From Lytechinus pictus (Eukaryota), in assembly GCF_037042905.1 (NCBI RefSeq), contig NC_087252.1:4774001-4838000 (forward strand): a DNA stretch of 64,000 nucleotides, in the 5' to 3' direction. The position numbers and the translations under genes were made by a program. Within the stretch, counting starts at the first letter, position 1; every line of letters starts with the position of its first letter. This document shows positions 13,232 to 26,500 of this stretch, piece by piece. The notes beneath the pieces were generated by a model. It saw nothing but the letters and a program-made list of their open reading frames with translations, had not been told where the DNA came from and searched no databases.

Positions 13232-13668
13232 AGGCCGACGCACACCTTACGACCTTACTAGTCTGCGACTGGCTTGTGAATGAGTGAGGGGAGATAAATC
13301 GCAAGGTAGGCATAAGCCTCGACACCGCACACCATGCAATCCGACTACCATGCTGTCTGCGACTCACGCATGCGCTTTTTGCTTTTTGCCATAGCAACTG
13401 AGAAAATGCGCTTACTACTGTGTATACGCGTTGTTTATCATACATGTATACGCGTCATGCAACTCTGCTGTCTGATTGGCTGAAAGTTGGATTGAGCTTG
13501 CGATCCAGTCATAAGGAATCGACAAGTCAAATCCTTACGATTTTCCTTGCGACTTGTCTCTGACCGGTCTGCGACTCTCAAGCTGACAAAAGCTGTGACG
13601 TCACATCTCCCCTCACTCAGTCGCAAACCAGTCGCAGACCAGTCGGGTCGTAAGGTGTGCGGTGGCCT
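13232..13668. mobile_element. PIF/Harbinger-like MITE with the same TIR family as 3708-4122
   Basis: AGGCCGACGCACACCTTACGAC / GTCGTAAGGTGTGCGGTGGCCT; flanks TAA and TCA. Confidence 0.82.
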
Positions 13669-14805
13669 TCATGATTAGACCAAGTGGCAATACGTGTATT
13701 AGTTTTTCATAATTAGAGAGAAATATAGAAAATCTGACAAAGTCACAAAATGATGATAAATTCACTCAAATGCCATCCTTAATTGCATTACTTCAAATAA
13801 AAAAATCAATAAAGACGCTGTGAAGCATTCATGTGGAGATTCAGAAATATCCAATCCACTGTAGAGCACATCATTCTGGCATCCAAATTACTTCTATTAA
13901 TCAACTGTAGAAATCCCAAATTTCCTTCCAAGTATCCTATATAATCAATTCAAAGGTGAATGGGATCAAGGGAGCATTTCATAATTTCCACTATTTGTTA
14001 TAAGCTACTGAAAGCCTTGCATCTGATTGGCTCAGAGTAAATGTCAGTGAAATTCACTGATTAGATGCTTCATGATACATCCTCCTATACGCAGATATTT
14101 CCAGGATTGGACAGTTTGAGGTATCCCAAATCAAGGAACACCATTATAAGATTCCAAGAGGGCAGTTTATTCTGAAGAGGGCCCCATCCTTTACAACTCA
14201 GGCAATTTTTTTGGGGGGGATTCTTTTTTACAACTTAACTGTCTAATGAAAATCTGCAACATTGGATAAACTTTAAAATTGCAATGAATGGGTATTTAAT
14301 TATTTATTTTTACATTAATACATTTTTTGTGAAATAAAGGTTGAATTTAATAACAACATCTACACTCGATTTTACACTCGAGCAAGAACAAAGGAAATGG
14401 TCCAGTGAATCTATTGGTCTCCTATTGTTCTGGCTTGGTCACTCTATTGTTCTGGACCCGAGTGTAAATTCGAGTGTAAACTATGCTCAAAGATTGCTGA
14501 CTGCCACTGTATGACTATGAGTATGAAAATAATAGGAATAAAAATAAATGAAAACAAAATAAGGTCAGTTTGATGCAATACATGTACATTGTAGAATCAG
14601 AACCCCTTTTTATTATAAAGAGGAATAATGCATTGAGCCTAAGGAACATTGGTCCCTAGTCCGTGCGAGATAGCTATATGTCTGTATAGGATCAGAAAGT
14701 CAAGAGCAAAAAATGAACTCCTCCAAACACCACAGATCATATCATGCTCTACGTTTATTCACTTATTTTTTTCCACAAAAATCTATATGAGCTAGGAGGA
14801 GCAAA

Positions 14806-15278
14806 AGGTGGTTTCAAACCGCCTCGATCACAAGAATCCCCGTTAAACTTTTTTAGGCTGAAAAATACCCATTAATTATTCCTGCATTCACACCGCCCTG
14901 AAACATACCCTTCGGGATAAGTTCCTGAAGTTACGAGCATGCGCAGTATGGTCTGATAAGCAGCAAGGCGCGAAATTCAAAATCACTAGCCCAGCAGCAA
15001 CCCATGCACGGCGCCGCACCCAACGACACGCTGGGCTAAAAGTTCCCGTAATTTGCTTTCAGACCGCCAAAATACCCACGACCTTGGAAAAATCCCCGCG
15101 AAAGTTCTCGTAATTTCGCCAAGTACCTACTATTTATCGGGTATTTTCTTTCGGGGATATTACGCGTAGTTTGCTTTCACACACACCGCCAAAATACCTC
15201 GTATTTTCTGATCGGGGTAAATTTCCCGATCAGAGAATACCTGGAACTGGCGAACTTCGAGGCGGTCTGAAACCACCT
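14806..15278. mobile_element. PIF/Harbinger-like MITE
   Basis: TIR AGGTGGTTTCA(A/G)ACCGCCTCGA; 3-bp TSD AAA; CpG-rich interior. Confidence 0.85.
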
Positions 15279-15544
15279 AAAGTCATCTAGAGAAAGGGAA
15301 TTAGAATAAATGTTCTGAACATGTTTGGTAGACTGAGTCATCATATCCATTTTAGCTCTCACTCTCCCACGTCATCATGTAAACTGAGAAGGATTAGCTT
15401 TCTGACTTCCAACAGTAGATGGCTCTCTTTCAATTCCAAGTATTCTCTTTATACAAATTGTTTTGTTTGATGTGTGTACCTTGAAGATTGATTCACTTTA
15501 CACATCTTCATGTGTGCCTCAACTCCAGGTTCCTTTCCTCAATG

Positions 15545-15950
15545 ATCATCATCATTATTACTATCATTATTGTCATCATTTTCATCATCACATTCATCAT
15601 CACCATTATCATCATCATCCCTATATGGTAGTATCACTTTGTCATCATCATCATCATCATCACCATCAAAATTGTGATCATCATCATCCCCATTCATCAT
15701 CATCATACTCACCACCATCATCATTATCATCCTCAATCATCATCAATCATCATCATCAATCATCTTTATCATAATAATCATTCTCATCATCATTATCATC
15801 ATCATCATCTTCATCATCCCCACCAACATTACCATCATCATTACTATAGTATCATCATCATCAGTACCATCATTAGATGTCATCATTCTCCTTCTCCTCC
15901 TCCTCATCGCTGTCTTCACAGTCATCACCATAATCATCTTTATCATCACT
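15545..15950. repeat. (CAT)n degenerate microsatellite
   Basis: catcatcat runs; source of the His/Asp/Met-rich spurious ORFs. Confidence 0.92.
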
Positions 15951-17236
15951 AATGTAATCACCACTGATACACTTTTTAAGGCTTAAGTGCCACTTCATTT
16001 CTTTGAGGTATGTATCCCTCCAAAAATTACAGCAGAGTTAAGCATGGACAATTTATGAAAGAGAAAATCAACAACTGAAGTTCCCCTTTCGAGTACTCCA
16101 CCTTTGCAATTGGAGCCTCTACCTGCAAACTCGATGCACACACGGAGGGCTTTTCTGTCCTAGTTTCAGGCATAAACACACCCCCTAGAGGGATGGGATG
16201 ATGTCATCGATAGAGTAGTATCAATAGCAAGCCACTAGACACAAATAATGCACCAGGGAAATCGCTTTGTATTGATGAACTCACCAGCAGCTATACAAGT
16301 CTAGATTCTCTTTCAAGATTAGGCTATTTCAGTATCTCGATTTTTTTCAGTGCTTTGTGGTCCGAGCCAATGTTCCACAGATTCAAAGTTGGTTTATGTA
16401 CATGTACTGTACACAAGGGGCCTGTAACGTAAAGCTTAGCAATCATCGAAGAACAATTTATTATTAAAGAATGATTACATTGACTACAATGTACATTGTA
16501 CAATTAATCGTGAAAATCAAGCGTACACAATTGCTATCCTCTGTGTTAATACAGGACACAGACCTGTGTAAAACTGCTGGCTGGCATGAAGGCGGTAGGA
16601 TACAGTATATGAGTGTACACATCAATTTCCATTCTTAGCTCCCACTTCATAAAGACTTGTTATATTTTGTAAGACTTCTATTACAAATTTACTATCAGCC
16701 AATCAAACTAGATTATATCAGTAGCTTTTAACTGTTTTTGCAAATTTGGTATTATAACGAGTTAAATGAAACAGGTCTCTGTTGGTCAGGCAAAAGGGCA
16801 TTAACTCTCGCGCGCAATGTGCATTTTGCAGTGCATGCTGGAGCTATTCCCTTCTGCCAGCCAAACAGGCATTGAAAACTGCCACATTTTTTGTATTTCA
16901 TAGAATTTTTGCCATATGAAACTGTTAGTAATTTGTATCAAAATAGAAATATAAACAATATGTTTTCTAGCATAAATTAATGCCTCATCCATAAAATTAC
17001 TTTAACGAAGCATTCACCATTACTGCAAAAGAAATGTTGTTTTTGTGTGTGTGTGTGTGTGTGTGTGTACTGTGTAGCACTTAAGATGTTTAGTGTCATC
17101 TCTCACAAAAGTTTTGTCACAGATCAAAATTGCTAATAACCCTTCTTATTTGAGAAGGGAAATAATTCCTTACAAAATAATCGCTGACAAAATCTCTCCA
17201 TTAAACTATTTCATATTTCTTGTTTATCTAGACCAA

Positions 17237-17415
17237 CAGGGGCCGCGGAAGCGGGGGGCTGGGGGGGCTTCAGCCCCCCCACCCCCACTTTTTTTCCAAA
17301 ATCGTGTACAAAAACGTAAAAATGACCATATGATTGTGATTTTTTGCATGGTCAGCCCCCCCCCCCCCACTTTTGGCTCAGCCCTCCCACGTTGAAAACC
17401 GTTCTGCAGTCCCTG
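17237..17415. mobile_element. Small hAT-like MITE with 5-bp TSD
   Basis: CAGGGGCCGCGGAAGCGG ... CCGTTCTGCAGTCCCTG flanked by ACCAA on both sides. Confidence 0.75.
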
Positions 17416-17765
17416 ACCAATACACCAAAATATATGTATAACAAATGTTTGTTATAGAATTAGATTAATAAAGGTGTGGGAGCATAGCTCGATGGTACAC
17501 TGCTGTTCCAAAAGCAAGGAAATATGCTATACACTGTACTCTTCAATTTGTGTAAACCCATATAGCATTTTTATGTGGGTGGGGATTCCAGAAATAAATA
17601 GAAAAATCAAAAGAAGGAGGTCACTCCAAGGATGACAAACAGAAAATTTAAAATTCTAATATTTTTGGAACGATGTTCATGCAGATCATGCCCTTGTTTT
17701 CAATTCAAATCAAAGCTCTGCATTTTTTTTTTTTATATCCAACAGGTCTTGAGAGATTCCAGTAA

Positions 17766-18229
17766 GAGGCTGTTCTCACTATGTTCCTAAAACTAGTTTA
17801 CTGGAAACTAGTTTAGTGGAAACTAGTTTAACGCATAGTGAGAACGGTCAAAGCGGTCTTGGAAGCGATCTTCCAAACCAGTTTGGAAAACCACCTCGCG
17901 ATGTAGTTTTCAAGATCGCTTTGCCTCGTTAAACTGGTTTTAGCGTAAGTGAGGACACAACCGCTCTTCGGGAAGCGATCTTCGCACATTTTAAGCGCGC
18001 TACTCCACATGACATTTGTAGAATGCCTATGCTGCGGTTTCGAATTTCGCGCAAAACGTGTCACCCCACTGAGAGCATTTCCATAGCAATAAGAGCGCTT
18101 TACGTAAAGTGATTTTGAAAACCACTTTCGTGTGATCAAGTGGGAACGCTAGCAAAGCGATCTTCCACAGTGGTTTCCTGAATCGGTTTTCAGTAAACTA
18201 GTTTTAGAAAGCGTAATGAGAACGGCCTC
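17766..18229. mobile_element. PIF/Harbinger-like MITE
   Basis: TAA|GAGGCTGTTCTCA ... TGAGAACGGCCTC|TAA; internal aaactagttt repeats. Confidence 0.88.
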
Positions 18230-19529
18230 TAATATGACTAGAACAATGAGATGAACAACCCTGTTACTGCACACCCTTGTATACTACAAACTTAAAAATA
18301 AATGATCCATGTTTCGGGGGGGGGGATTCAATATAAATCATAAACATACACCTGTATTCCTTCTAATTTCATTCTTTATTTACCCAAACAACAAATCAAC
18401 AACAAAAATCATAACATCTAATACATGTACATGTATGAAAATAATGTACTTTCCTATATTTAAAAAAAAAGGATTTGATGGAGTAGTGGCCTTTTTCCCC
18501 TCTCTTTCTCTCTTGTCCTCACTCTCTATTCCTTTCTCTCTCTTTCTTTTTCTCTATCTCTCTGTATTCAGATGATGTCATAGCAAGCCTTGGCAGTGAT
18601 TTTGACCTCTCATGGCACGCTCCTTGACCCTCATGACCTCCGTGCACAATGGGACTCCACCGCACTGTTCTGTTTCCAGTCTCGTACAGGAATTTATGTG
18701 GGCTGACAGGCAATAGCGATACCACAAATTTACAAACACCATACTAGTAGCTCCATAGCAATAATGCATGATCTACTCTGCATTGTGCTTTATGGAATTT
18801 ACCAAGGATTCTTCTAACTTTCATTTAAAAAAATAGTATCATACACACTACACACACCTTTTCCCATAACACATTTTTTTCTTTAATATAAAAGAAGTAT
18901 CTTAATTCTTTATCACATTTGATAAAAATCTCTTCCCACGATTGTACGGGTATATACACAATCATGGACGGTTGAATTCAAGGAGAATTAGAAAATGAGT
19001 TTACATTGAAATCAATAAATGTCTAGCATTTTTTCCAGCTAAACGATTCCAGTTTCACTATTGATTCATTTATTAGAACAATCTCACGATCCAGTTTGCT
19101 GCCGAATTGTTAATTGCCCTTGCTTAAATCAATCAATTACTTTTAATGATTCGCAATATACATGAATGTGTACATGTAGACCTGTGCATATTTCTGAATG
19201 TGTAATAAATTGCCTTTATGAATATGAAGCACTATGGAAATGATTCAGCATGTGAAAGAAAGCTGTTTATCAAACCTACAAACTAAAGTAAAAGGGTTTT
19301 TATGATTTGAACCAGTCTTGTGTGTAGGCATACATGTATGTGTAATATCAATCATCCTCAAGCAAATTTTTCTTCATGCATTTTATTCATTACAATCCTC
19401 CCATCCGCATCTTTCTATCTTCTCTTTTAATACCTCCAATTCCCCGCTTCTACTCCATCTAAATGTTGGCCTACTATATCATGAAGCTGATTTCCTCTTT
19501 GTGCACTTATTCACTTGTTTTTCCTTCTC

Positions 19530-19920
19530 AACCACCCTCTCTTTCTCTACCTCCTTCTCCATACATGTACCTCCCCCCTCTCCTTCTCCCCATCCCTTCT
19601 TGCCCCAAATACACTTCCTTCTCCTCTTCATTTGAACCCTTCTCCTCCCATCCTCCTTTCCCTACTCCTTTTCTTCTCATTCCTCCCCCCCCCCCTCCAT
19701 CATACATGTACCTTTCCTCCTCCATCCTTTTCCCTTCCCTCCCCCTTCCTTTCCTTGCTTGGTCATCCACCTCCCCAACCCATCATCCACCCCCCCCCCC
19801 TCCTATCCTCCTTTCCCTACTCCTCTTCTCATCCCCCCTCCCATATCATACCTTTCCTCCACCTTTCTCCCTCCCCCCTCCATTCCTTGGTGCTCCTCCC
19901 CAACCCCACCCCCCCCCCCC
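19530..19920. repeat. Polypyrimidine (CT-rich) low-complexity tract
   Basis: Visible composition; produces the Pro/Ser-rich spurious ORFs. Confidence 0.85.
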
Positions 19921-21019
19921 TTTGAACGTAATCTGACCAAATTGAAATTCCATGGCCGCAAAATAACACGAAGTTTGTGGCCCTCATTATTTTCATATTA
20001 TATCCAAAATGATACAAGTTCGTCACATTTAATGGCCATTATGTGCTGAAAAATAACGTTCATCAGCTGGGTCTTTCAGAATAACAACATTAATGACCAT
20101 GTTGACATTCTGGGCATGCAATATATCCAGAATAACATCCATATCCCATCACAGACCAAAGTACATCGTCCTACCACAACAATGTCCAGTTCAGGTAATT
20201 TTTTTCATTTTTTTTTTTGGGGGGGGGTGGTCTTACAAAATTGTTTTCTTCCCACTGAAGTATGAGCAAGTTTACTTAAGTTCATTAAAACTAATAATAT
20301 GTGTGTAATCACCATTATCAAAATGATTATCATGATGATCACCATAATGTGCATATATGTAAAAGAATTATTTTATGATCATGATGAATATGATGGTGAC
20401 AGTAAACAAATGTGATTGTGATGAAGATGATCACAACTACTGTATTAGTAATACACATGTATGTAAGTATCGCTGAGCACTGGAATATCAAAATTTCATC
20501 TTTGTCTTCATGTGCGTGTAACTGCATCATGACTGCATACAAAGGTCCACAGCATATTGGTACATGTTTACTTATATTTTTTTTAAGTCCTAATCTATAG
20601 GCCCCCTATATCATTTTTTCTTTTCTTTTATTCTCGTGTATTCCTGGAAAACAAAATAAATCCTACTTCAAGAACAGCACAAAAGACATCTGAATATTTG
20701 ATAAATCATACATGCAAAATCCTAGAAATACGAAATGGGAAATCCCCTACAAATCCATCTACATGTACAAGTAATGTACATCACACATGTAGCAAAACGT
20801 ATGTACATTCACTTTAATAAAACGTTGTAAATTTTTTGCATACCAATATTTCTTACTATGCACACTGCATGTATATAGTACTGTATGCTTTTGATTACTG
20901 AATGCATGTTTATTGGTGTGAAATCTCATTATTCTTAACTGAGCACTAAGCATTCAACAAGCTAATGTCAATTGTCAATGATCCTCTTCAAGAGACGATG
21001 AATGTTTTGTGTGACTCAC

Positions 21020-21093
21020 TGTCGGTGGCTGGCGTGGCAGAGAGGACGGGTTACAGATGACAGCTTTCTAGGAATGCGTAATATCAACTGCAT
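21020..21093 (-). CDS. Candidate alternative first exon MQLILRIPRKLSSVTRPLCHASHR(Q), or a 48-nt phase 2-2 cassette at 21020-21067
   Basis: GC-richer open segment ending at donor GTGAGT (21019-21014) in phase 2, compatible with the 4961-5046 exon. No homology support. Confidence 0.35.
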
Positions 21094-22692
21094 AATTTAT
21101 CCAGAGAAAAGTGTCAATGTATGGATACTCCCTTTTGTATGTAATTCACACAGGCTAACACTACATCACAACAGGCATTAGATACTGTGCCTTTGCACAG
21201 CATGTTGAATACAATCATTAGGTTAAGTCTGAAAACATAGGGGTACAATATCTGTTAGAAGCCATACAGAATTTGGGGGGATAGAATTAGGGGAGGCAAC
21301 AATATGCACATTTTACATTTCATAACTAGGATAACATACAGTATAATGGAAGATATTTTTGCATTTATATTAATGTTGGAAAATAAGGATTTGGTGCACT
21401 CTTAAGGACCATTGCTGTGACATTTGCAAATCAAATAGGTGGGTTTCAAAAATTTCTCTGGGGTATGCCCCCTGCCCCCTTTTCATACGGGCATGTTCCC
21501 TACATGTACATATATGCATGAGTGATAAAATATTGTATGAAATATTATCAAACTGTCACAAGGTATTATTGGGAAATAATGCCAGCGTAAACTTATGCCT
21601 GGCTGAATGTCACTGCCCTCGTGATACAATCCCTCACAATTATGTAATAACCTTTTACAAGTATGTTGTTTGAAATATGAAACAACCAACTGTCGGTATT
21701 GATAATGTGGCATGTCAGGATTTTAAATTTATGTTCAAATAGTAGGTTCATTTATCAACACATCAAAAACGTTGTCTAAAAAATATACAGGGGGTGGAGT
21801 GCAGAATTCTAGCATGTATAAAGCTCTCTCTCCCTTGCTTTGAAAAGTATCAATCACATCTCTTTTCTGCAGATGAGATTATTTCACAGATAGCATACTG
21901 TAGTACACCATCAGTCCATATGGAGTAAGTTTCTTCATTGTAACTGCGACACATATACAATTCATGCCTGCACGATGAGAGTGACAAAAAAGAGCAAAAG
22001 CTCTCTCTCTATCTTTGAAGAATTTCTATCAACACTCTTTTCAGCAGAAAAAAAATAATTTCAAAGACACCATAAGCTCATTTGAGTTTGATAGTTAATC
22101 TAATGTGGCTAGTCACCCAGCCAAAACATGCATCTTCCAATCAGCTGAGCAGAAAATGAGTTCATGAGTGACGACCATCGGAGCGATCAATCTACACACA
22201 AGCCCACTATGAGGGCTCGAGTACATCAACTACATGTATAAAGACTAATTGAAATATATTTTGATAATGTTAGAGTAGAACTTTGATGAAAGTTTTATTC
22301 TCAATTAAGGGGTGATAAACATACATTGTACATGTAGGTGGAAGTACATGTAAATGAAAATCAGTGGAAATAAATTCATTATCCAAACAAAAAATATCCC
22401 ATGTCATCGTAATAAGGCAATTTGTTACAATTTGCGACACAATGATCCGAATGGGATCCAACCTCTCTTTCATTTTTCAGTTTCGTATCCATCATCTACA
22501 AATGAAAGTAAGATATTTGGCCAGAACTTGGCACATTGCACAGCCATCCTATTTGAAGCCTTCCGGTCTTTGGGGCTACATTGCTCATTGGGAAGAAATA
22601 ACTGCCATTTTATACAAGAAGAATTCATTTGGGTTTTTCCATCACACAAGTATAGATATTCATATGATTTTAAATGGCATGTGTATCAGAAT

Positions 22693-22872
22693 CAGGGGAA
22701 AAACACATGGGGGAAGTAGGCGATTTAGCTCCCAAAATGCTCAAAAGAGCACTGGGAAACAACAAAAAAGCCCTGGAAACCCCCATTCATCTCAATGTTA
22801 CAAATTTAGACAGTAATTTTTGAAAAGTAGTCTCTGAAAATAAAAAAAATAATGTTTTTGCCTGATCAGAAT
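22693..22872 (+). repeat. Dispersed repeat of about 180 bp; related copies near 29765-29945 (minus), 47188-47340 and 47956-48110
   Basis: Shared gaaaa.acatgggg...agccctggaaa.ccccattca...caatgttaaa...tttagacagta...gaaaagtagc...gaaaata. Confidence 0.65.
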
Positions 22873-25374
22873 GTAGGCCTACACCTCATGAAGTCATGTG
22901 AATTCTGTAATACTCATCTCTATGAATTGCTCATTGATATTGTTATTAGGAAGAAATGCAAAGTTTCTGAAAGAGAAAACAGCCGTAACAGGGTCAAACA
23001 ATTTAAAAATAACAAATGTGGAAGTCAAACAGTGTCATAAGTGCTTTAATCTTTCCTGTATTTAATATTACCATGGGCAAAAGAAGGTCATATCCTTTCA
23101 GACAACCACACTGTATCCACATTTCATTGTGAAATGATGCACAATTTTTCCATGGAACATTTTAAGACCCTGTTTACAGTGAAAAAAGCTGCAGCGAGCT
23201 GCTGCCGAGCCCGGCCTATAATTCACTGTAAACGCTCAAAACATTACTGAATTTTAATGAAACTACCCTACAGTAACCAGGCATAAACAAGGATTTATTT
23301 CTAAAGTGGTTGCTTTCAGTCCCCACCATCCCCCCCCCCCCCCTAAAAAAAAAAAAAAAAAAAAGGTAATCACTCCCAAAAATATAACATTGAAGTGGAA
23401 GTGGAACAAAACATGCACACCAACCCAAAGATCGCTCCTCTCCAGTCTATCATAAACTTAATAACGCTAGCACATGTTATTTGTTCATCACATATAATAC
23501 AGATCTATGTACATGTACAGTACATTAGTTGCTACATATAGTATGTAGGTGGGACCATGCCTAAATCCTCTTTTTGTTTGTTCTGTTGTTTTTTGGGTGT
23601 CCATTTTTGGTTTTCCCCAATGGGGGGGGGGGGGTGCTGTTATCTGATACAATTTTTTTGGGTCATGTGAATGAACCATCATTGTGTGGAATCACTTCCA
23701 GGATATAAGAAGGTTTGTTGGTAGGGATGTTTTTCATCCTCAATAGGCGGGTAATGGGAAATAAAATCAAAGCACTTCATAGACCATTTCTCACCGCATA
23801 GAATCGGGGGAGTGTTTCACAAAGCGATTTGTCAGTGAAATTCACTGACAAATTTGCTCTGAGCCAATCAGATAGAAGGGTTTCAGTAGTTTATAACTAA
23901 CAGTCTGTGACAGTCACATGATATTATTTGGTTCATGAAATGCTCCCCTGTATGATTTTTAATCAGCTCATATATTCCTAATTTTTTGCATTCAAGACCA
24001 ATCAGCCCTCTTGCGGATATATCTCAAATTCAATATTCTCACCGAAGTGTGGAATGTACAATTGTTCCTACTCGTATTCATTATTTTATCATGAGAAAAT
24101 AGCTCATATAAAAAAAAAAGCAGCACAATGTAGACCAACAAGTATTTGTGGTCAATGGTTTGATGTGTTTACAAGTGGCTTTCCATAGTTCTAGTCACAA
24201 GCTTGATCTATAAAGGTTTTATACTTTATTCGATACTGTAGTATTCAGTTATCAATATAAACAACGGTACCCAACAAAGTTCAGAATAAGGGCCAGGTGA
24301 ATAGGAATAGTCTTTTTTACAATTGTAATTTGTTTGATTTAGGGGTTTTCTGTGATCATGTCAAAGTACATGTAGGGGTCTACCATCTTAATTGTGCTAA
24401 TTTGGATTGTCCACTCTGCACTGTGGAGAAAAAAAAATCCTCAGTCCTCACAGAGAAAATACTTTCATATTTACATCCATCAAATTTTCTAATTATTCGC
24501 TCCACCCTTTTTTTTTATAGTTTTTGCATGAACCACCGAAGAGAAAATGAAACCAAAACGACCAAATAAAAGTCATTTCCTCAATTCTACTTCTTATATT
24601 ACAGCCTACAAATGAAAGCAGGTTTTTATAAAGATACGATGGGAAATTGGGGATCCCCCAAAACAACCACAAAACAATTATTGACAATGACTGAGAAAGG
24701 CACATGGACATGGTTGAAAAACAAAGTGAAAATCACTTGACTATTAAATTATAATTATCTACATCCATAATATTTAATGGCTTCCACTTCAAGTTTTTGA
24801 AACATTCCTAAATTGCTATACTGTACATATCACATCAAAACCTATAGACGACATGTAGATCTTACGACAAATATCACACAAGGTGGAAAAATCGTGTTTT
24901 CTCTAAAAATAAATTTTGGACCCCCAGTCTGTCAGTATGATCCTGTACATATAATTATCATGTACAGTAACTGTTAACTGGACTATTGATGTAATAGTTC
25001 TACCGTAGGTAGAATAATGGTCTTAAGGCATAGTCCAATTAGCAAACACTTATCAATTCTATGACGGCACTGCCAAACCAAAGCAAACAAATGAAAAGCC
25101 TCCATCCCAGACACCATAAAGTAACTTTTACACGGGGATTAATTTTGTTTGGTTACTTAAGTAATTATTTTATTATTTGTTGTTGTTTACTGAATATTCT
25201 TACATATTATTATGAAATTATTTTTTTATATCATACACTTGGCATGTACATGTACTCGGTGCTGAAACCAGTTCAACAGGGCAAAGCTGTTTTCCAAACT
25301 AATTTGGAAGATCACTTCAGATTGCCTTCAAGACCGCTGCAAGCATCCCCATTAGACTGGTTTCCACAAAACTG

Positions 25375-25756
25375 GACACGTTCTCATTACAATCCTAAAA
25401 GCTGGTCTACTGGAAATCGGTTCATGGAAGATCGCTTTGCTAGCGTTCCCAATTGATCACCTGAAAGTGGTTTTCAAAACCACTTCACAGCCGCTTCACG
25501 AAAAGCATTTGTGTTGCTATGGGTACGCCCTCAGTTTTGCACGAAATTTGAAACCGTTTCTCCAAGACCGGTTGTGTCCTCACTTACGCTAAAACCAGTT
25601 TAACGAGGCAAAGCGATCTTGAAAACTACATCGCAAGGTGGTTTTCCGAACGGGTTTGGAAGATCGCTTCGAAGACCTCTTTGACCGTTCCCATTACATG
25701 TTAAACTTGTTTCCAGTAAACTAGTTATAATTTAGGATGGTAATGAGAACAGTGTC
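25375..25756 (-). mobile_element. Harbinger-like MITE related to 17766-18229 (inverted, internally deleted), inserted into an older related copy (about 25260-25800)
   Basis: CTG|GACACGTTCTCATTAC ... GTAATGAGAACAGTGTC|CTG; interior near-identical to the reverse complement of 17850-18180. Confidence 0.8.
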
Positions 25757-26407
25757 CTGGTTTCCACTATTAGTTTTAGGAAGCAGTAGGGAACAGGGTT
25801 CAATTCAATGATAGGGTCTGCTTATCAAGACTCAAACGGTTGATAGGGTTTGCATCGCTCTATAATTGTAGACTTTGAGTTCGGAGTTCAAGTATCTTAT
25901 GCACCGACAAGGCTCACACAATAAACCTCACATTTCAAAATTGACTTTATAAAAGAGCATACAGTGTACTACACATTGATTCCAAGACCAATATCATCAT
26001 CCCACAAACAAAACTGCGGTGACATTTCATATTTAATAGTGGACATAGACTTTCATTATTTTCTTCTTTATTTTTCAATTATCCAAGTCTAACATCATAC
26101 ATGCTTCACCCTTGCCAGAAAATCTAGGTCTTATATAATAATCTAGGTCTTTAATGCATATAATTTATATAACATTGGCATGTATGGCATTATTATTGCC
26201 AATCTCACAAGCATTGTACAGCTCGTTGCTACAAAATGCCAATAAAAGTATTGTTTGAGTAACCATTAAATATTGGGTGTCGATTTCAAAGATCAATCAT
26301 TCGTTGTAAGGCAGGGTACATGTATTTGCATTTTAATACCCAAATACCATTTCAGGTCAAAAAATATCTTTCATAGAGCAAAAATATATAAAATATATAA
26401 ATCTTTC

Positions 26408-26500
26408 ATAATAATAATAATAATAATAGGCATTTATATAGCGCCATCTATCTAGAAATATTCTATTCCGAGGCGCGTTGTTATTAGTATTATTATTATT
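26408..26500 (-). mobile_element. SINE/LINE 3'-tail fragment
   Basis: (AAT)n followed by catttatatagcgc, as in the tail of the 62922 SINE. Confidence 0.55.

Noticed and set aside
15463-15964. His-rich and Asp-rich ORFs
   Set aside because: Translations of a (CAT)n microsatellite.
13101-18139. ORFs of 100-114 aa in CpG-rich patches as transposases
   Set aside because: They overlap short non-autonomous MITEs and show no DDE or other recognisable motifs.
19318-20049. Pro-rich ORFs
   Set aside because: Polypyrimidine low-complexity tract.
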